A stretch of DNA of 64,000 bases, taken from NCBI RefSeq assembly GCF_051594765.1, contig NZ_JBPPGJ010000003.1, forward strand, positions 264,226-328,225, written 5' to 3'. Shown here one piece after another: positions 41,169 through 52,011 of this stretch. The notes under the pieces were generated by a model, which was not told the DNA's origin, did not search any database, and saw nothing but the letters and a program-made list of their open reading frames with translations. The position numbers and the translations under genes are program-made. The stretch is from Gorillibacterium sp. sgz5001074 (GTDB lineage: Bacteria; Bacillota; Bacilli; Paenibacillales; NBRC-103111). Every line of letters starts with the position of its first letter. Position 1 is the first letter of the stretch.

Positions 41169-41882
41169 ATGGGGAGTACACTCAATCCAAGTATGTCGCA
41201 ACGAACAGCCGCACGGACGGCCGGAATATCATTGATTGTTATGGCGTTAGCCGCTTTTTTCTCTTATGGCTATGCGCATGGAACGCTTGTCAACTTCGAA
41301 GATGCGGACGCCACGATGAATCGTCTTATCTCATCTAGCATGCTGTTCAAGGCAGAAATCGTAGGATGGCTGATTGTATTGATTTGCGACATCCTTGTAG
41401 CTTGGGCATTTTACGTTTTTCTGAAGCCCTATCACCATTATCTATCCTTGCTCGGTGCGTGGTTCCGCTTGATCTATACGGCGATTCTAGGTGCGGCAAT
41501 ACTGAATTTGCTCAACGCCCTGATTCTCACGGGTCAAGCGAACATTCCATTCCTATTGGAGGCTCCTCAACAACAAGCGCAGGTCATGACAGCATTAGCC
41601 GCCTTTGAATCCACATGGTCGTTCGGATTGATCATCTTTGGCGGGCATCTGCTGATTACCGGCTTGGTAGCTTACAAAGCCGATCCGATCCCGCGGTGGA
41701 TTAGCATCTTCTTGCTGATTGCGGCATTCGGCTATATGTTCACTCATCTAATTTCAATTGTATATGCACAGGAGAATAAGGCCCTTGAAATGTTTACCAT
41801 GATTCTTACTATGCCGATGACGGTTGGTGAATTGGGATTTGGGTTATGGTTGTTATTTAGAGGCGGGAAACCCGTTTCTTAA
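41169..41882 (+). CDS. DUF4386-like membrane protein
   Basis: Start MGSTLNPSM with an AAGGAGG RBS. Multi-TM. Confidence 0.55.
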   Translation: MGSTLNPSMSQRTAARTAGISLIVMALAAFFSYGYAHGTLVNFEDADATMNRLISSSMLFKAEIVGWLIVLICDILVAWAFYVFLKPYHHYLSLLGAWFRLIYTAILGAAILNLLNALILTGQANIPFLLEAPQQQAQVMTALAAFESTWSFGLIIFGGHLLITGLVAYKADPIPRWISIFLLIAAFGYMFTHLISIVYAQENKALEMFTMILTMPMTVGELGFGLWLLFRGGKPVS

Positions 41883-42435
41883 TTCTGCTAAGGGACTCCG
41901 GCGTAACCCCGAGATAGCTTGCCAACTGATTCTGGGGAACACGTTCGATAAGGCCAGGTCTTTTGTGCAGCAGAGATTTGAACCGTTCTTCGGGCGAAGA
42001 AGCAACGAAATCGGCGAAGTCCTCTTGTACACTCCCGAAGATCTCCACGGTCATTCGATTCGTCATCGTTTCTAATTGCGGGTATTTATGGAAGGTGTCG
42101 TTAATCGTTGCTAGGTCGCCGACAACCAATACACAATCCTCGAGACATGTCAGTGTATACCTAGATCCCTTGCTCTCCGAGTGCTCGTTATAGATGACGA
42201 CTGCTTGCTCTTCCGTGTAGAAATTGCTGGTGACCTCTCTTCCTAACGCATCTACAGCATACTGCCGAATACAGCCTTTCAGTATGAAATAACACATCGT
42301 GGGGACGTCCCCTTGCCATAGAAGAATCGTTCCCTTCTTATACTCATCCACTCGAATCTCACTTGCAATCATCCGTTGCTCTTCATCGCTAAACGAAGTG
42401 TATTTCGTCAAATATTTAAACAAAATGTCCTTCAC
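41857..42435 (-). CDS. Crp/Fnr family transcriptional regulator
   Basis: cNMP-binding domain plus a C-terminal HTH (QNQLASYLGVTPESLSRIKKRV). Confidence 0.8.
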   Translation of the reverse strand: MKDILFKYLTKYTSFSDEEQRMIASEIRVDEYKKGTILLWQGDVPTMCYFILKGCIRQYAVDALGREVTSNFYTEEQAVVIYNEHSESKGSRYTLTCLEDCVLVVGDLATINDTFHKYPQLETMTNRMTVEIFGSVQEDFADFVASSPEERFKSLLHKRPGLIERVPQNQLASYLGVTPESLSRIKKRVSRL

Positions 42436-42558
42436 CTTGCTTCCCTCCCTTCGAGTTGTGCACCGCGCCCTAAGATTATGGAAACCCTGCGCTTTTATGT
42501 AATACCGTATTCGTTTTTATTGGTATAGTAAGACTACGAAAGCGACTAAAGGGGATAT

Positions 42559-43017
42559 GTGGGGAGGGTCCACGACATGACATCGTCTGAAAATTTCACA
42601 TTCATCGATTTTGTTGACGCCGCTGAATGGGAAGCATGGTTGTCCACCCGCTTCGACCAACAAGGAGAAGCATGGCTCAGGATTGCCAAGAAGGGCTCCG
42701 GCGTAAAATCCATCACCATCGAAGAAGCCTTGGATGTTGCCTTATGTTATGGCTGGATCGATAGTCATCGTAAATCTTATGACCAATCGTATTACTTGCA
42801 ACGGTATTCCCCGCGAAGAAGGAAGAGCCCCTGGTCCTTGATCAATCTGAAGAAGGCGGAGAGCTTACTGGCAGCCGGACGCATGCAGGCTCCCGGTCTT
42901 GCCGAGATCCATGCCGCGCAGGCAGATGGAAGATGGAGCTTCGCGCTTAAGAAAGGGGACCCAAGTCTTTCTTATATTGAACTGGCGTCTTGCCAAGCAC
43001 ACGTCGAAAGTCCGTAA
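42559..43017 (+). pseudogene. YdeI/OmdA-family gene, apparently truncated at its 3-prime end
   Basis: Family-like sequence for about 125 aa, then the frame runs 70 nt into the convergent AraC gene with unrelated sequence. Confidence 0.4.
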
Positions 43018-43786
43018 TAAAGTGTTGTTGACTGCTGTACCCGAGATCATACGCTATATCCGCCCAATGGGGTTTGTCCCATTCCCGAATGGACTTCGCC
43101 GCTCTCAACAGTTTATATCGTTGGAGCTGCCACTTGATGCCGACGCCGACATACTCCTGAAAGAGCTGCTGCAGCCATCGCTCGCTCTTGCCAACCCAAC
43201 GTGCAACGTCCTTCACGGTCTGCATGTCCTCGGTCTCGATAGCGTCGATAATTTGATTGATTACCGCGATGTTCGGGTCGTATTGCGGGTTGTGGGACTG
43301 AATGAGTTCAGCAAGCGCACCGACCGCTTCGCCGTCAGGCAGGGACAGCGTATCCTCCATGAATGGAAGATCGGCACTTGAGAACACTTGTTGTAACGGG
43401 ATGGTCTCATTATATAATCCCGCCAGCGACCCGCGCCAAAAAACACGAAACGCGCCCGGCAGGAGTCGCGCACCGATAATTCTCCCGTTATCGACCGCTT
43501 GATAGTCCCGTTTCTCCCGAAAGGTACATTGGATCCCCGCTTCGTCCCTCGAGAGGTAGAAGTCGACATAGGGGCGGTGCATGACCTGCTCCGAAATATA
43601 AGGTTGTTGGCTCGCCCTATTCCAGCTTATGGTCCAGAAGTGGTCAATAAACGGCACCAAAGATTCGGGTGGCAAATAGGTATGAAAGTCAATGTGTCGG
43701 CCAAAACCCACCGGGTCCAAATGCCCGTTGGGCTGATAAATCGCATCTGCTCTTTGCAGAACAAGCTTCACTCCGATCACCTGCAT
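42947..43786 (-). CDS. AraC family transcriptional regulator
   Basis: C-terminal AraC HTH (VKDVARWVGKSERWLQQLFQEYVGVGIKWQ..). Confidence 0.75.
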   Translation of the reverse strand: MQVIGVKLVLQRADAIYQPNGHLDPVGFGRHIDFHTYLPPESLVPFIDHFWTISWNRASQQPYISEQVMHRPYVDFYLSRDEAGIQCTFREKRDYQAVDNGRIIGARLLPGAFRVFWRGSLAGLYNETIPLQQVFSSADLPFMEDTLSLPDGEAVGALAELIQSHNPQYDPNIAVINQIIDAIETEDMQTVKDVARWVGKSERWLQQLFQEYVGVGIKWQLQRYKLLRAAKSIREWDKPHWADIAYDLGYSSQQHFITDFRRVLGKTPVQYKKDLGPLS

Positions 43787-43821
43787 GTCTATGAATAAAT
43801 TAGAAAAGCGAGGGATTCGAT

Positions 43822-44256
43822 ATGACAGGTCAACAAAAATTACGCGGAATGGCTAACGTTAGTTTTTGGGCGGAAGATGTTAAGGCAGCTAAGGAATGGT
43901 ATACCCGTTTATTCGGTGAGGAGCCTTACTTTCAACGTCCCGATGCTGAGCATCCTGCCTACATTGAATTTCGAATCGGCGATTACCAGCATGAGCTTGG
44001 CATCATCGATAGAAAGTATGCGCCAGAGGTAGCCAACATGTCAGGTGCAGGAGGGGCCACCCTTTATTGGCATGTGGATGATGTAGCCGGCATGTTGGAA
44101 ACGCTAAAGGAAATGGGTGCCACCGAGTATGAGCCTCTGACGGAACGCGGCGTTGACTGGATTACTGCATCGGTAGTGGACCCCTTCGGGAACATCCTTG
44201 GCTTAATTCACAGCCCGCATTACAAGGAAGTTTGGGCCTCTATTTCTAAGGCATAA
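43822..44256 (+). CDS. VOC/glyoxalase family protein
   Basis: 144 aa with a paired beta-alpha-beta-beta-beta module signature. Confidence 0.7.
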   Translation: MTGQQKLRGMANVSFWAEDVKAAKEWYTRLFGEEPYFQRPDAEHPAYIEFRIGDYQHELGIIDRKYAPEVANMSGAGGATLYWHVDDVAGMLETLKEMGATEYEPLTERGVDWITASVVDPFGNILGLIHSPHYKEVWASISKA

Positions 44257-44430
44257 ATCTTCTTTGGCCGCCAAGTTCAATACACTCCGTTATTTTCCAC
44301 AACAACCAATCCTTTTCCTCCTGACAACCATGACATAGGTCCCCGCGCAACAAATAAAGATAAATAAGCGACTGCAGTCATGGCTTGGAGCCATCAGCGG
44401 CAGCCGCTTTATGATGGGATAATAATTAAC

Positions 44431-44733
44431 TTATTTTCCCGGTTCCGGCATGATCCAGACAACCTCGCATATGCGAACGAAGAAGGTAGATTCCCTATCT
44501 TGAAGCACGACATGATCCGGTTTTGCGTCAACTACCATACCGCTCACGGATCCCCGAACCGTATCGAGAACCGCTCTTTTTCCGATTAGACTGCGTACGG
44601 CTGCGTACACGTAAGGCTCGACGACAACGACCTGAATCGGCTGGTTCATGGTCGGCATGGGCATGGGGTGCATTTGCTGGTTCATTCCCATTGTCATTTG
44701 AGGCATTACAGAAGATGGAACCATATTATTCAA
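44431..44733 (-). CDS. DUF2642-family small spore-associated protein
   Basis: Gln/Met/Pro-rich N-terminus and a conserved VVVVEPYVYAAVRSLIGK..VVLQD core. Probable TTG start after GGAGGG. Confidence 0.5.
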   Translation of the reverse strand: MNNMVPSSVMPQMTMGMNQQMHPMPMPTMNQPIQVVVVEPYVYAAVRSLIGKRAVLDTVRGSVSGMVVDAKPDHVVLQDRESTFFVRICEVVWIMPEPGK

Positions 44734-44911
44734 TTGAATCCCTCCATTTGGGTTCATAATAAACCAATGTATGAATCCGCCCACAAATTGGTTCTTCATT
44801 TAACAAGTGACCCCGTCCATCCCATGCCAGCCAACATGCTAAAAAAAGACACTGAGATTCATCAGTGTCTTTTTCTTGATCCTTTTCCGCCGTCTTCATA
44901 AGAGTTAACAT

Positions 44912-46651
44912 TTAAAGCAGCTTAATGATTTCTTCCAGCTCATCGACTAATACTTTCGCAAGTTCAAAGTTCTTATCCTTTAAAGCCGATTCTATTTTCA
45001 TTTCAACCGACTTTTTCTTTTGTTCCGTTTCTAAATAGTCTTTATTAAAATGACTCTCATAAATCATCTGTCTAAATTTTCGCATGCTCATTTTTCTAAT
45101 CGTCTTATCATCAATGATTAACACATAATCCATGCCGTTTACGACCGAATAGAAATCATGAGAAACCATCAGAATCGCACCTTTATAGTCTTCGATGGCT
45201 TTCTCCAGTGCGATCTGTGTATAGATGTCCAAATGGCTTGTCGGTTCGTCAAGAAGCAGTACGTTTGCTTTGCTGGCAGATACTTTGGCCAATTGAAGCA
45301 TGTTTTTTTCTCCACCAGACAAAGATTCGATCTTTTGATCCAGGATTTCTCCTTCAAAACCATAGTGTAGAAGATACGATCTGACCTCGTCATACGTTTT
45401 AAACCCAGCATCAATGAATTCGTCCATTATGGTATTGGAATCTTTTAGCGTCTCGCCTTGAAGCTGAGATAAATAAGCCATTTTAACATCAGCATTTATT
45501 TTGATCGACTCATGGTTGTTTTTGAAGATTTCGCGGAGCAAAGTCGTTTTCCCGGTACCGTTTGGACCGATAATGGCTACCTTATCCGTAGATTGGATCT
45601 CAAAGTTAACATGTTCTAGAAGCAGTTCATCGAAGGCAAGGCTATAATCATGGACATTTACGACAGTGGTGTCTTCTATTTCATGATCCAACCCAAAAGT
45701 AATATCCGGCTGCTTAATATTCACGAACGGCGCTTTGATTCTACGCGCTTCCAATCTTTCTTGAACCTTGACTCTGGCTTTTAACGCTCTGCCTCTGGAT
45801 GCTTCTGAATTATAAGTCGCGATTGCTCTAAGATGATCGATGATGTTCTCGTTTCGCTCGATTTCTTCTTCCTCAGCGATTGCGAGTTCTTGCAGCTCTA
45901 TTTTGGTCTGAAGCAAGGAGAAGTTATACTCGATATATCGCCCTTCGAACTCTTGGAGCTCCATGTTTTCAAGATGAATGATTTTGTTGAAGCAATGATT
46001 CAAAAGATATCGGTTATGCGTAACAACCAGCAGCATTCCCTTATGAGCATTTATCAATTTTTTAAGCGCATTTAGGTTTTCGAAGTCTAGGAACACATCC
46101 GGTTCATCCATAATCAACAAGTCCGGACTGTTAAGCATTTCCTTCATTACTTGGATAAGTTTGAATTCTCCGCCGCTCAGATCGGATACTTTAACATCCC
46201 TTAGCTTCATAAGGTTTGCCAGGTTTAGCTTCCGATTAATGCTGCTTTCAAAATCGTCCCCGCCTATTGAATCGAATGCATCCAAAGCGAACTGAAGCTT
46301 TTCCAACACCGAATCCATGTCCGATGTGGTTTCCATTTCAGCATAAATCGAAGTGATTTCATCTTGTATTTTGATAAATGCTTCCCCAATATATTCAAAA
46401 ACGGTTGTTTCTTTGGGCTTGTCTACTTGCGAGAACTGACTGACATACCCGATTTTGCAAGTCGGGTCTATCTCTAGCTTGCCCTCGAACAAATACCTTT
46501 CCGGATCTATCAGTATATCGATCAGTGTACTTTTTCCGCTGCCATTTGTTCCGATAAAAGCGCAATGTTGCCCCTCTTCAAGCGTAAACGAAATGTCCTT
46601 ATATAGTTCTTTTTGCGGAAACGAGAAGGATAGGTTTTCAACCTTTATCAT
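44912..46651 (-). CDS. ABC-F family ATPase (two NBDs with about 85-aa interdomain linker and C-terminal extension); possible ARE-type ribosomal-protection protein
   Basis: Two Walker A motifs (GTNGSGKST, GPNGTGKTT), two ABC signatures (LSGGEF, LSGGEK) and no TM segments. Low GC. Confidence 0.75.
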   Translation of the reverse strand: MIKVENLSFSFPQKELYKDISFTLEEGQHCAFIGTNGSGKSTLIDILIDPERYLFEGKLEIDPTCKIGYVSQFSQVDKPKETTVFEYIGEAFIKIQDEITSIYAEMETTSDMDSVLEKLQFALDAFDSIGGDDFESSINRKLNLANLMKLRDVKVSDLSGGEFKLIQVMKEMLNSPDLLIMDEPDVFLDFENLNALKKLINAHKGMLLVVTHNRYLLNHCFNKIIHLENMELQEFEGRYIEYNFSLLQTKIELQELAIAEEEEIERNENIIDHLRAIATYNSEASRGRALKARVKVQERLEARRIKAPFVNIKQPDITFGLDHEIEDTTVVNVHDYSLAFDELLLEHVNFEIQSTDKVAIIGPNGTGKTTLLREIFKNNHESIKINADVKMAYLSQLQGETLKDSNTIMDEFIDAGFKTYDEVRSYLLHYGFEGEILDQKIESLSGGEKNMLQLAKVSASKANVLLLDEPTSHLDIYTQIALEKAIEDYKGAILMVSHDFYSVVNGMDYVLIIDDKTIRKMSMRKFRQMIYESHFNKDYLETEQKKKSVEMKIESALKDKNFELAKVLVDELEEIIKLL

Positions 46652-46817
46652 AGGGTTACCTTTCTTGGCAGCTAAAGTGATGACGATTATGGAGTGTATT
46701 GTAGAACATGAATGGCGAGTTTACCGTTTCTCAGCGTAACATCTTTATAGCGAAATTGAAAGGGATTCGATCGGATGCCTTTTGCAGAAACTTGTCTCTA
46801 TGCAATAGAAGGCTTAC

Positions 46818-47708
46818 TCACTCTTCCAGGACCATTTGCTTCAACTGAATGACGGGACTTCTCAGCTCCTGTTCTTGTTCCAAGTAGGCGCATAGCGCCT
46901 GAATGAGCGATCTCTTGGGCGGAGTCTGAGAGATCTCCGTCCCCAGCACTTGAGCAATCTCTTGCAGCTCCCTCCGCCGCGCGAGCCCGCCGGGCCAAGC
47001 CTCAAGCAGCGCAGTCACTCTGCCGAACAATTCTTCGATCATTCTTTCTTTTTCATTATTCCAGTCCTTTGGATCGGAATGTATAAATGTTGTGAATGCG
47101 CTTTGTCCAAGCAGCCCCTTCGAACCTGACCTAGACATATGTTCGACTAGCGCATCCATTTTATCGACGATGAACCAAGCTGTATCCTCTATCGACAGCA
47201 GCTTCGCCTCGAAGATGATGCGCTGCAGATAGTCCTTCAGGATCGCGCGGTATATAAAAATGAGATCCCAGAGAAACGGTTCGATTCTCTCCCCATAAAC
47301 TTCAAGCAGCCAGTATCTATGCCACTCCATCATACGGGCGCGAACATGATTCCTTAGTGAACGGAAGGTTGCATACTGCGTAATAGGAAGATCTATGAAG
47401 TCAACCATAATGTGATGGTATTCAATAAAATACTGAAAGCGAAATACGATTTGATGGATGAGCCGCTCCTTGGGAGTGCCCGTCTCGGTTTGTTTCAGGT
47501 GTTCAGCCCGATCAAAATAAACCGTCTGGCACTCGTCGAAAACCGCGCACAATAAGTCCTCTTTGGATGGGAAATATTTGTATACCGAGCCCTTTGCAAT
47601 AGAACAGTCCTGAGCAATTTCCTGAATGGAGGTCGCCAGAAACCCTGTTTCCTTAAACATCTTAGAAGCCGAACGGATGATATCCTGTTTGGTTACACTC
47701 ATCCTCAT
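46818..47708 (-). CDS. TetR family transcriptional regulator, long C-terminal domain
   Basis: TetR HTH (IRSASKMFKETGFLATSIQEIAQDCSIAKGSVYKYF). Start placed at MRMSVTKQ. Confidence 0.75.
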   Translation of the reverse strand: MRMSVTKQDIIRSASKMFKETGFLATSIQEIAQDCSIAKGSVYKYFPSKEDLLCAVFDECQTVYFDRAEHLKQTETGTPKERLIHQIVFRFQYFIEYHHIMVDFIDLPITQYATFRSLRNHVRARMMEWHRYWLLEVYGERIEPFLWDLIFIYRAILKDYLQRIIFEAKLLSIEDTAWFIVDKMDALVEHMSRSGSKGLLGQSAFTTFIHSDPKDWNNEKERMIEELFGRVTALLEAWPGGLARRRELQEIAQVLGTEISQTPPKRSLIQALCAYLEQEQELRSPVIQLKQMVLEE

Positions 47709-47836
47709 GTATCCCCCACTTGACAACTTTAAACCCATAGTACAAAATTATGAACATAGAGTCAATTGACCCCTTTTTCAAAATATTGAACCATAGGTCA
47801 CGATGGGGCAAACTCGATTTCTAAATTGGAGTGTGA

Positions 47837-48421
47837 TTGATCTTGGAAGAACTTTTGTTTCCATTTCCTAAGACGGCACTAATCGTCATCGACTTGCAAA
47901 AGTGGCTTGGATCCCAGTATGCCCCATATTCGTCGGAGCAAGTCGTCACCCGCGCCGCCTCTATGGTTCAAGCATTCCGTGAGGCAGGCGCATTCGTTGG
48001 ACTAGTTCGTGTATCCACGAAAGACTTCCAAGATATGCCTCGTCCGCTGCTGGATCAGCCCCCCCCAACCTTGAATCTGGTGCCTGGGTGGGATGAAATT
48101 GTACCCGAGATCGGAGTCACGGACACCGATCATGTCATTACCAAGCGCCAATGGGGAGCCTTTTACGGAACGGACTTGGATCTGCAGCTGCGCCGGCGGG
48201 GCATCACGACGATCGTGCTTTGCGGCATTGCTTCTGGTATCGGCGTAGATACCACTGCGCGTGAAGCCTTCGCCCATGGGTATCAGGTCATTTTTGCGAA
48301 AGATGCCATGACCGGCTTCAGCGAAGAGGAACATGAACACGTCATGAAGGTCATCTTCCCGCGTATTGGCAGAATCCGCTCGACCGAGGACATTCTTGCT
48401 TGCGCCGCGCTTCAATCTTAA
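47837..48421 (+). CDS. isochorismatase-family cysteine hydrolase
   Basis: Matches the family throughout, including the catalytic Cys in [12 protein letters not shown]. Confidence 0.75.
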   Translation: MILEELLFPFPKTALIVIDLQKWLGSQYAPYSSEQVVTRAASMVQAFREAGAFVGLVRVSTKDFQDMPRPLLDQPPPTLNLVPGWDEIVPEIGVTDTDHVITKRQWGAFYGTDLDLQLRRRGITTIVLCGIASGIGVDTTAREAFAHGYQVIFAKDAMTGFSEEEHEHVMKVIFPRIGRIRSTEDILACAALQS

Positions 48422-48523
48422 ACGGCGAATACAAATTTTCAGGGCACCTTTAAAAGGTGCCCTGAATCACATATACTAAAATTAAAGCGCTTTATTGACA
48501 GGACTGCGTAAAGGAGGATTTTT

Positions 48524-50548
48524 GTGGAATATCATGTATCCATACAAGGGAATGATCAGGGGCAAGGAACCGCTGATCAGCCCTTTCGTACAATATCACG
48601 CGCTGCGGCTCTTGCCATGGCTGGTGATACGGTTATGGTTCATGCTGGAGTATACAGGGAATGGGTCAACCCGGCGAATGGGGGAACCGCGGAGCATAGA
48701 ATCGTATATCGATCTGCGGGAGACGGGGAAGTCGTCATTACAGGAGCGGAACGGATTGCCGACTGGAAGTCTGAAGGAAACAACGTTTGGAGCACAGAAG
48801 TATCCAATTCCATCTTTTCCGTTCGCAATCCCTTTGAAGTGGAGCTCAGTGGAGACTGGGTATTTGGCGGGCCCTTCCCGGTTCATCTCGGTGATGTCTA
48901 TTTGGATAACAAATCTCTGTATGAATGCGAGAGTGTCGAAAAGGTTCAGAAGCCCGAAGTTTGGCCCGAAGCCAAATATCCCGAGGACTCTCTGCTAAAA
49001 TGGTATGCCGAAGTTGGTGCCGCAACGACCAAAATCTGGGCCAATTTTGGTGGTAAAGATCCCCGTAAAGAAAATGTGGAAATTAATGTCCGCCCTTATT
49101 GCTTTTGGCCTGAGAAGCCGGGACTTAATTATATCACTGTAAGCGGCTTCACTCTTCGTCAAGCTTCTCCTCAGTGGGCACCGCCTACGGACTACCAGGA
49201 AGGATTGATCGGACCTCACTGGAGCAAGGGTTGGATTATTGAAAACAATGTGATTAGTGAATCCAGATGCGTTGGGATCAGCCTGGGTACCGAAATAGGT
49301 ACAGGTCACACCAAGTCCTCGGGCAAGCATATGAAAGGCGGTACTCAACGGGAGCAGGAGGTTATTTTACGAGCAATACGCTCCGGCTGGCATAAGGATA
49401 CCATCGGCAGTCACATCGTTCGAGGCAATGTGATTCATGACTGCGAACAGGCAGGGATTGTGGGTCATATGGGAGGGGCCTTCAGCCGCATTTATCAGAA
49501 CCGCATATATAATATTCACCACAAACGCTTGAGACACGGTGCTGAAGTAGCAGGAATCAAACTTCATGCTTCCCTGGATACTCAAATTAGCGAAAATAGA
49601 ATCTATAATTGTTATCGTGCTGTTTGGCTTGATTGGCAGGCGCAGGGCACCCGCATCAGCCGCAATGTATTTTTTGACAACCTTTCAGAAGACTTCTTCG
49701 TTGAGGTTTGCCATGGTCCGTATATGGTGGATCATAATTTGTTCCTCTCTCCGATGAACTTCAGAAATATGGCGCAGGGTGGAGCTTTTGCTCATAATTT
49801 GTTTGCCGGTAGATTTGTCGTTCGTTCGGAGATTACCCGTACTACGCCGTATCACTTCCCTCACGAGACGGCAATGGCCGGATACTCCAATATCACCGGA
49901 GGCGATGACCGGTACTACAACAATATCTTTTTGGGGGATCATGATGCTCATAAGGAACCTGTTCCCATAACCTTTTTTGAGCATCTTCCACTTAAACCAA
50001 GGGATGAAATTGGTGAGGACGGAAAGACCGTCATGGATGGGGTTCCGGACAATTCCATTTGCTATCTGCATGCTGTGGGACTGGGAGGCTACAACAAACA
50101 CCCTGATGCAAAAGATAAGAAATGGTGGGAATACACCCCTCAGGAGCTTGCTGAGCTTGGCGAGGCCGCAAAGGATTTCTTTATTGGAAATGCCGTTCTT
50201 CCGGTGGCTATGGGCGGAAACCTATATCTTAACCATGCGGTTCCAAGCAGTCATGAGCCCCATGCGAAGAGTTATGCGCAGAAGGGCATAGAAGTGGATA
50301 TTGATCCTGCACAAGGCAGGGTGCACATTCAGGTCCATGAGCCCGAACTGCTTCGGGGAGCCTCTGCCATGCTGGTTACCACCGATCTGCTTGGCAAGAC
50401 CTATCACGCCGAGATGAAATATGAGGAGCCGGACAGCAGTCCATATCGTTTTGACTCCGACTTTTTCGAAAAAAAGAGACCTGATGCAGATGTCACACCC
50501 GGTCCGTTTGAATGGGCCGAAAAGGGAACCATTGATTTCGATTTTTAG
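48524..50548 (+). CDS. right-handed parallel beta-helix repeat protein (pectate-lyase-superfamily fold), cytoplasmic
   Basis: GTG start after AAAGGAGG. Repeated NxIxxN/asparagine-ladder segments (ISENRIYNCY..ISRNVFFDN). No signal peptide. Confidence 0.7.
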   Translation: MEYHVSIQGNDQGQGTADQPFRTISRAAALAMAGDTVMVHAGVYREWVNPANGGTAEHRIVYRSAGDGEVVITGAERIADWKSEGNNVWSTEVSNSIFSVRNPFEVELSGDWVFGGPFPVHLGDVYLDNKSLYECESVEKVQKPEVWPEAKYPEDSLLKWYAEVGAATTKIWANFGGKDPRKENVEINVRPYCFWPEKPGLNYITVSGFTLRQASPQWAPPTDYQEGLIGPHWSKGWIIENNVISESRCVGISLGTEIGTGHTKSSGKHMKGGTQREQEVILRAIRSGWHKDTIGSHIVRGNVIHDCEQAGIVGHMGGAFSRIYQNRIYNIHHKRLRHGAEVAGIKLHASLDTQISENRIYNCYRAVWLDWQAQGTRISRNVFFDNLSEDFFVEVCHGPYMVDHNLFLSPMNFRNMAQGGAFAHNLFAGRFVVRSEITRTTPYHFPHETAMAGYSNITGGDDRYYNNIFLGDHDAHKEPVPITFFEHLPLKPRDEIGEDGKTVMDGVPDNSICYLHAVGLGGYNKHPDAKDKKWWEYTPQELAELGEAAKDFFIGNAVLPVAMGGNLYLNHAVPSSHEPHAKSYAQKGIEVDIDPAQGRVHIQVHEPELLRGASAMLVTTDLLGKTYHAEMKYEEPDSSPYRFDSDFFEKKRPDADVTPGPFEWAEKGTIDFDF

Positions 50549-50558
50549 TTTATTGTTG

Positions 50559-50595
50559 AGGATCCAGTCCTTTAAGGTGATTGGATCTTTTTTCG
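50559..50595 (+). terminator. rho-independent terminator
   Basis: GATCCAG..TTGGATC hairpin followed by TTTTTTCG, immediately after the stop at 50548. Confidence 0.55.
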
Positions 50596-50939
50596 TGTGT
50601 ACTGTTAGCGAAGTTTAGAAATGCTTGTCGAATGTTTTGCGCTGTACGAGTCCGGAATGGTCGAGGAGGCAGGCGAGGCCGATGTTCGCGCTCAATTTGA
50701 CGCCAACTTATTGTTCCTCCAAATGGGCGTTTATTTTGATGAACTCAGTATAAACATAGAGGCATCATGGCCCATAAATAGTTTTCTTCCAGTAAAAAAG
50801 ATCTTGGATTTTATGCGTCAATAGGTTGAATAAGAGCACTTGGGGCATGAAATATTTGACAAATGGGTGTCATCATATATAATTTTCTCAGCCAAATAAA
50901 TAGCATTGCATTTTAATCGAGAGAAATGAGGATAGTGAA

Positions 50940-51311
50940 ATGATGATCGTTCGTGACCTTTTAACGGCACTTGTTGCCATCGAGCATGTATATATCTTGA
51001 TTTTGGAAATGTTCATGTGGACAACTCCGAGAGCGAGGAAGGCTTTCGGAACCGAAATGAAATTCGCGGAAGCGACTAAGGCGCTTGCCGCTAACCAGGG
51101 TCTGTATAACGGCTTCTTGGCGGCGGGGCTGTTCTGGGGGCTCATTCATCCCGATGCCGCAATGGGGTACCAGCTGCAATTGTTCTTCCTAGGCTGCGTC
51201 CTCGTAGCCGCCGTCTACGGAGGCGTGACGGCGAAACGGTCGATTCTGCTCGTCCAAGGGCTGCCGGCATTAACTGCAATGGTCGCCGTGCTCGTATCGC
51301 GCTTTCTTTAA
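50940..51311 (+). CDS. DUF1304-family membrane protein
   Basis: 123 aa, 4 TM. Followed by a terminator at 51334-51356. Confidence 0.6.
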   Translation: MMIVRDLLTALVAIEHVYILILEMFMWTTPRARKAFGTEMKFAEATKALAANQGLYNGFLAAGLFWGLIHPDAAMGYQLQLFFLGCVLVAAVYGGVTAKRSILLVQGLPALTAMVAVLVSRFL

Positions 51312-51514
51312 CATCAAGCTTCTCAAGGAAAGAGGGCCGTACGGATGGCCGTTTTTACATACAAAGGACCGTTTTAGCATGGGGCGCAACTTTTCCAGCC
51401 ATATACCTTCTAAAGGGGAGTTATCCGATTCTCACTTTTATTTGGTATACACGAAATCCCCATAAGAGCAATGCCGATAAACGATTTCATGAAGTATCCG
51501 ATTATGAATTTATT

Positions 51515-51943
51515 GTGTTGAAGGAACGTTTTGGAGACCTCGTTCTTCCCATGGCGCTCGACTTAACGGATGCTGAGCAGGTACGCCAGGTCGTTCAGCA
51601 GGCTCATGCCCATTTCGGCAAGCTGGACGTTGTCCTCAACAATGCCGAACCCGGTGCTTATGTGACCGAGTTTGGCGCTTCAGGTAAGCGAGTACCGGAA
51701 ATGGACGTCTATACCGCTGTACGGAAGCAGGTATTCACACGTCTATCAAACGAAAAATGCGGCAACGCTCAAGCGACTGCAGAAGCCGTTCTCAAGATCG
51801 TGGACGCAGCGGAACCCCCACTACGATTTGCGCTCGGCTCGGAAATCTTGCCTATGGCACGCGGCACCTATGCTGACCGTCTCGCCACCTGGGAAGCCTG
51901 GGAGTCTGTCTCGAATGCAGCGCAAGGCAGTCCTATGCAATAA
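51515..51943 (+). pseudogene. SDR-family oxidoreductase fragment (N-terminal Rossmann segment missing)
   Basis: Starts in mid-domain (..LPMALDLTDAEQVRQVVQQAHAHFGKLDVVLNNA..) with no TGxxxGIG upstream. Confidence 0.55.
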
Positions 51944-52011
51944 GCCATTGCAATTGGACTGGAGCAGATAACCAGCAAGGAACCTCTTCGACTTTTTCGA
52001 AGAGGTTCCTT

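Noticed and set aside
51361-51514. CCATAAGAG motif before the truncated SDR as a possible fourth, inverted att copy
   Set aside because: The match is short and degenerate and the orientation is opposite to the three clear copies. Not supportable by eye.
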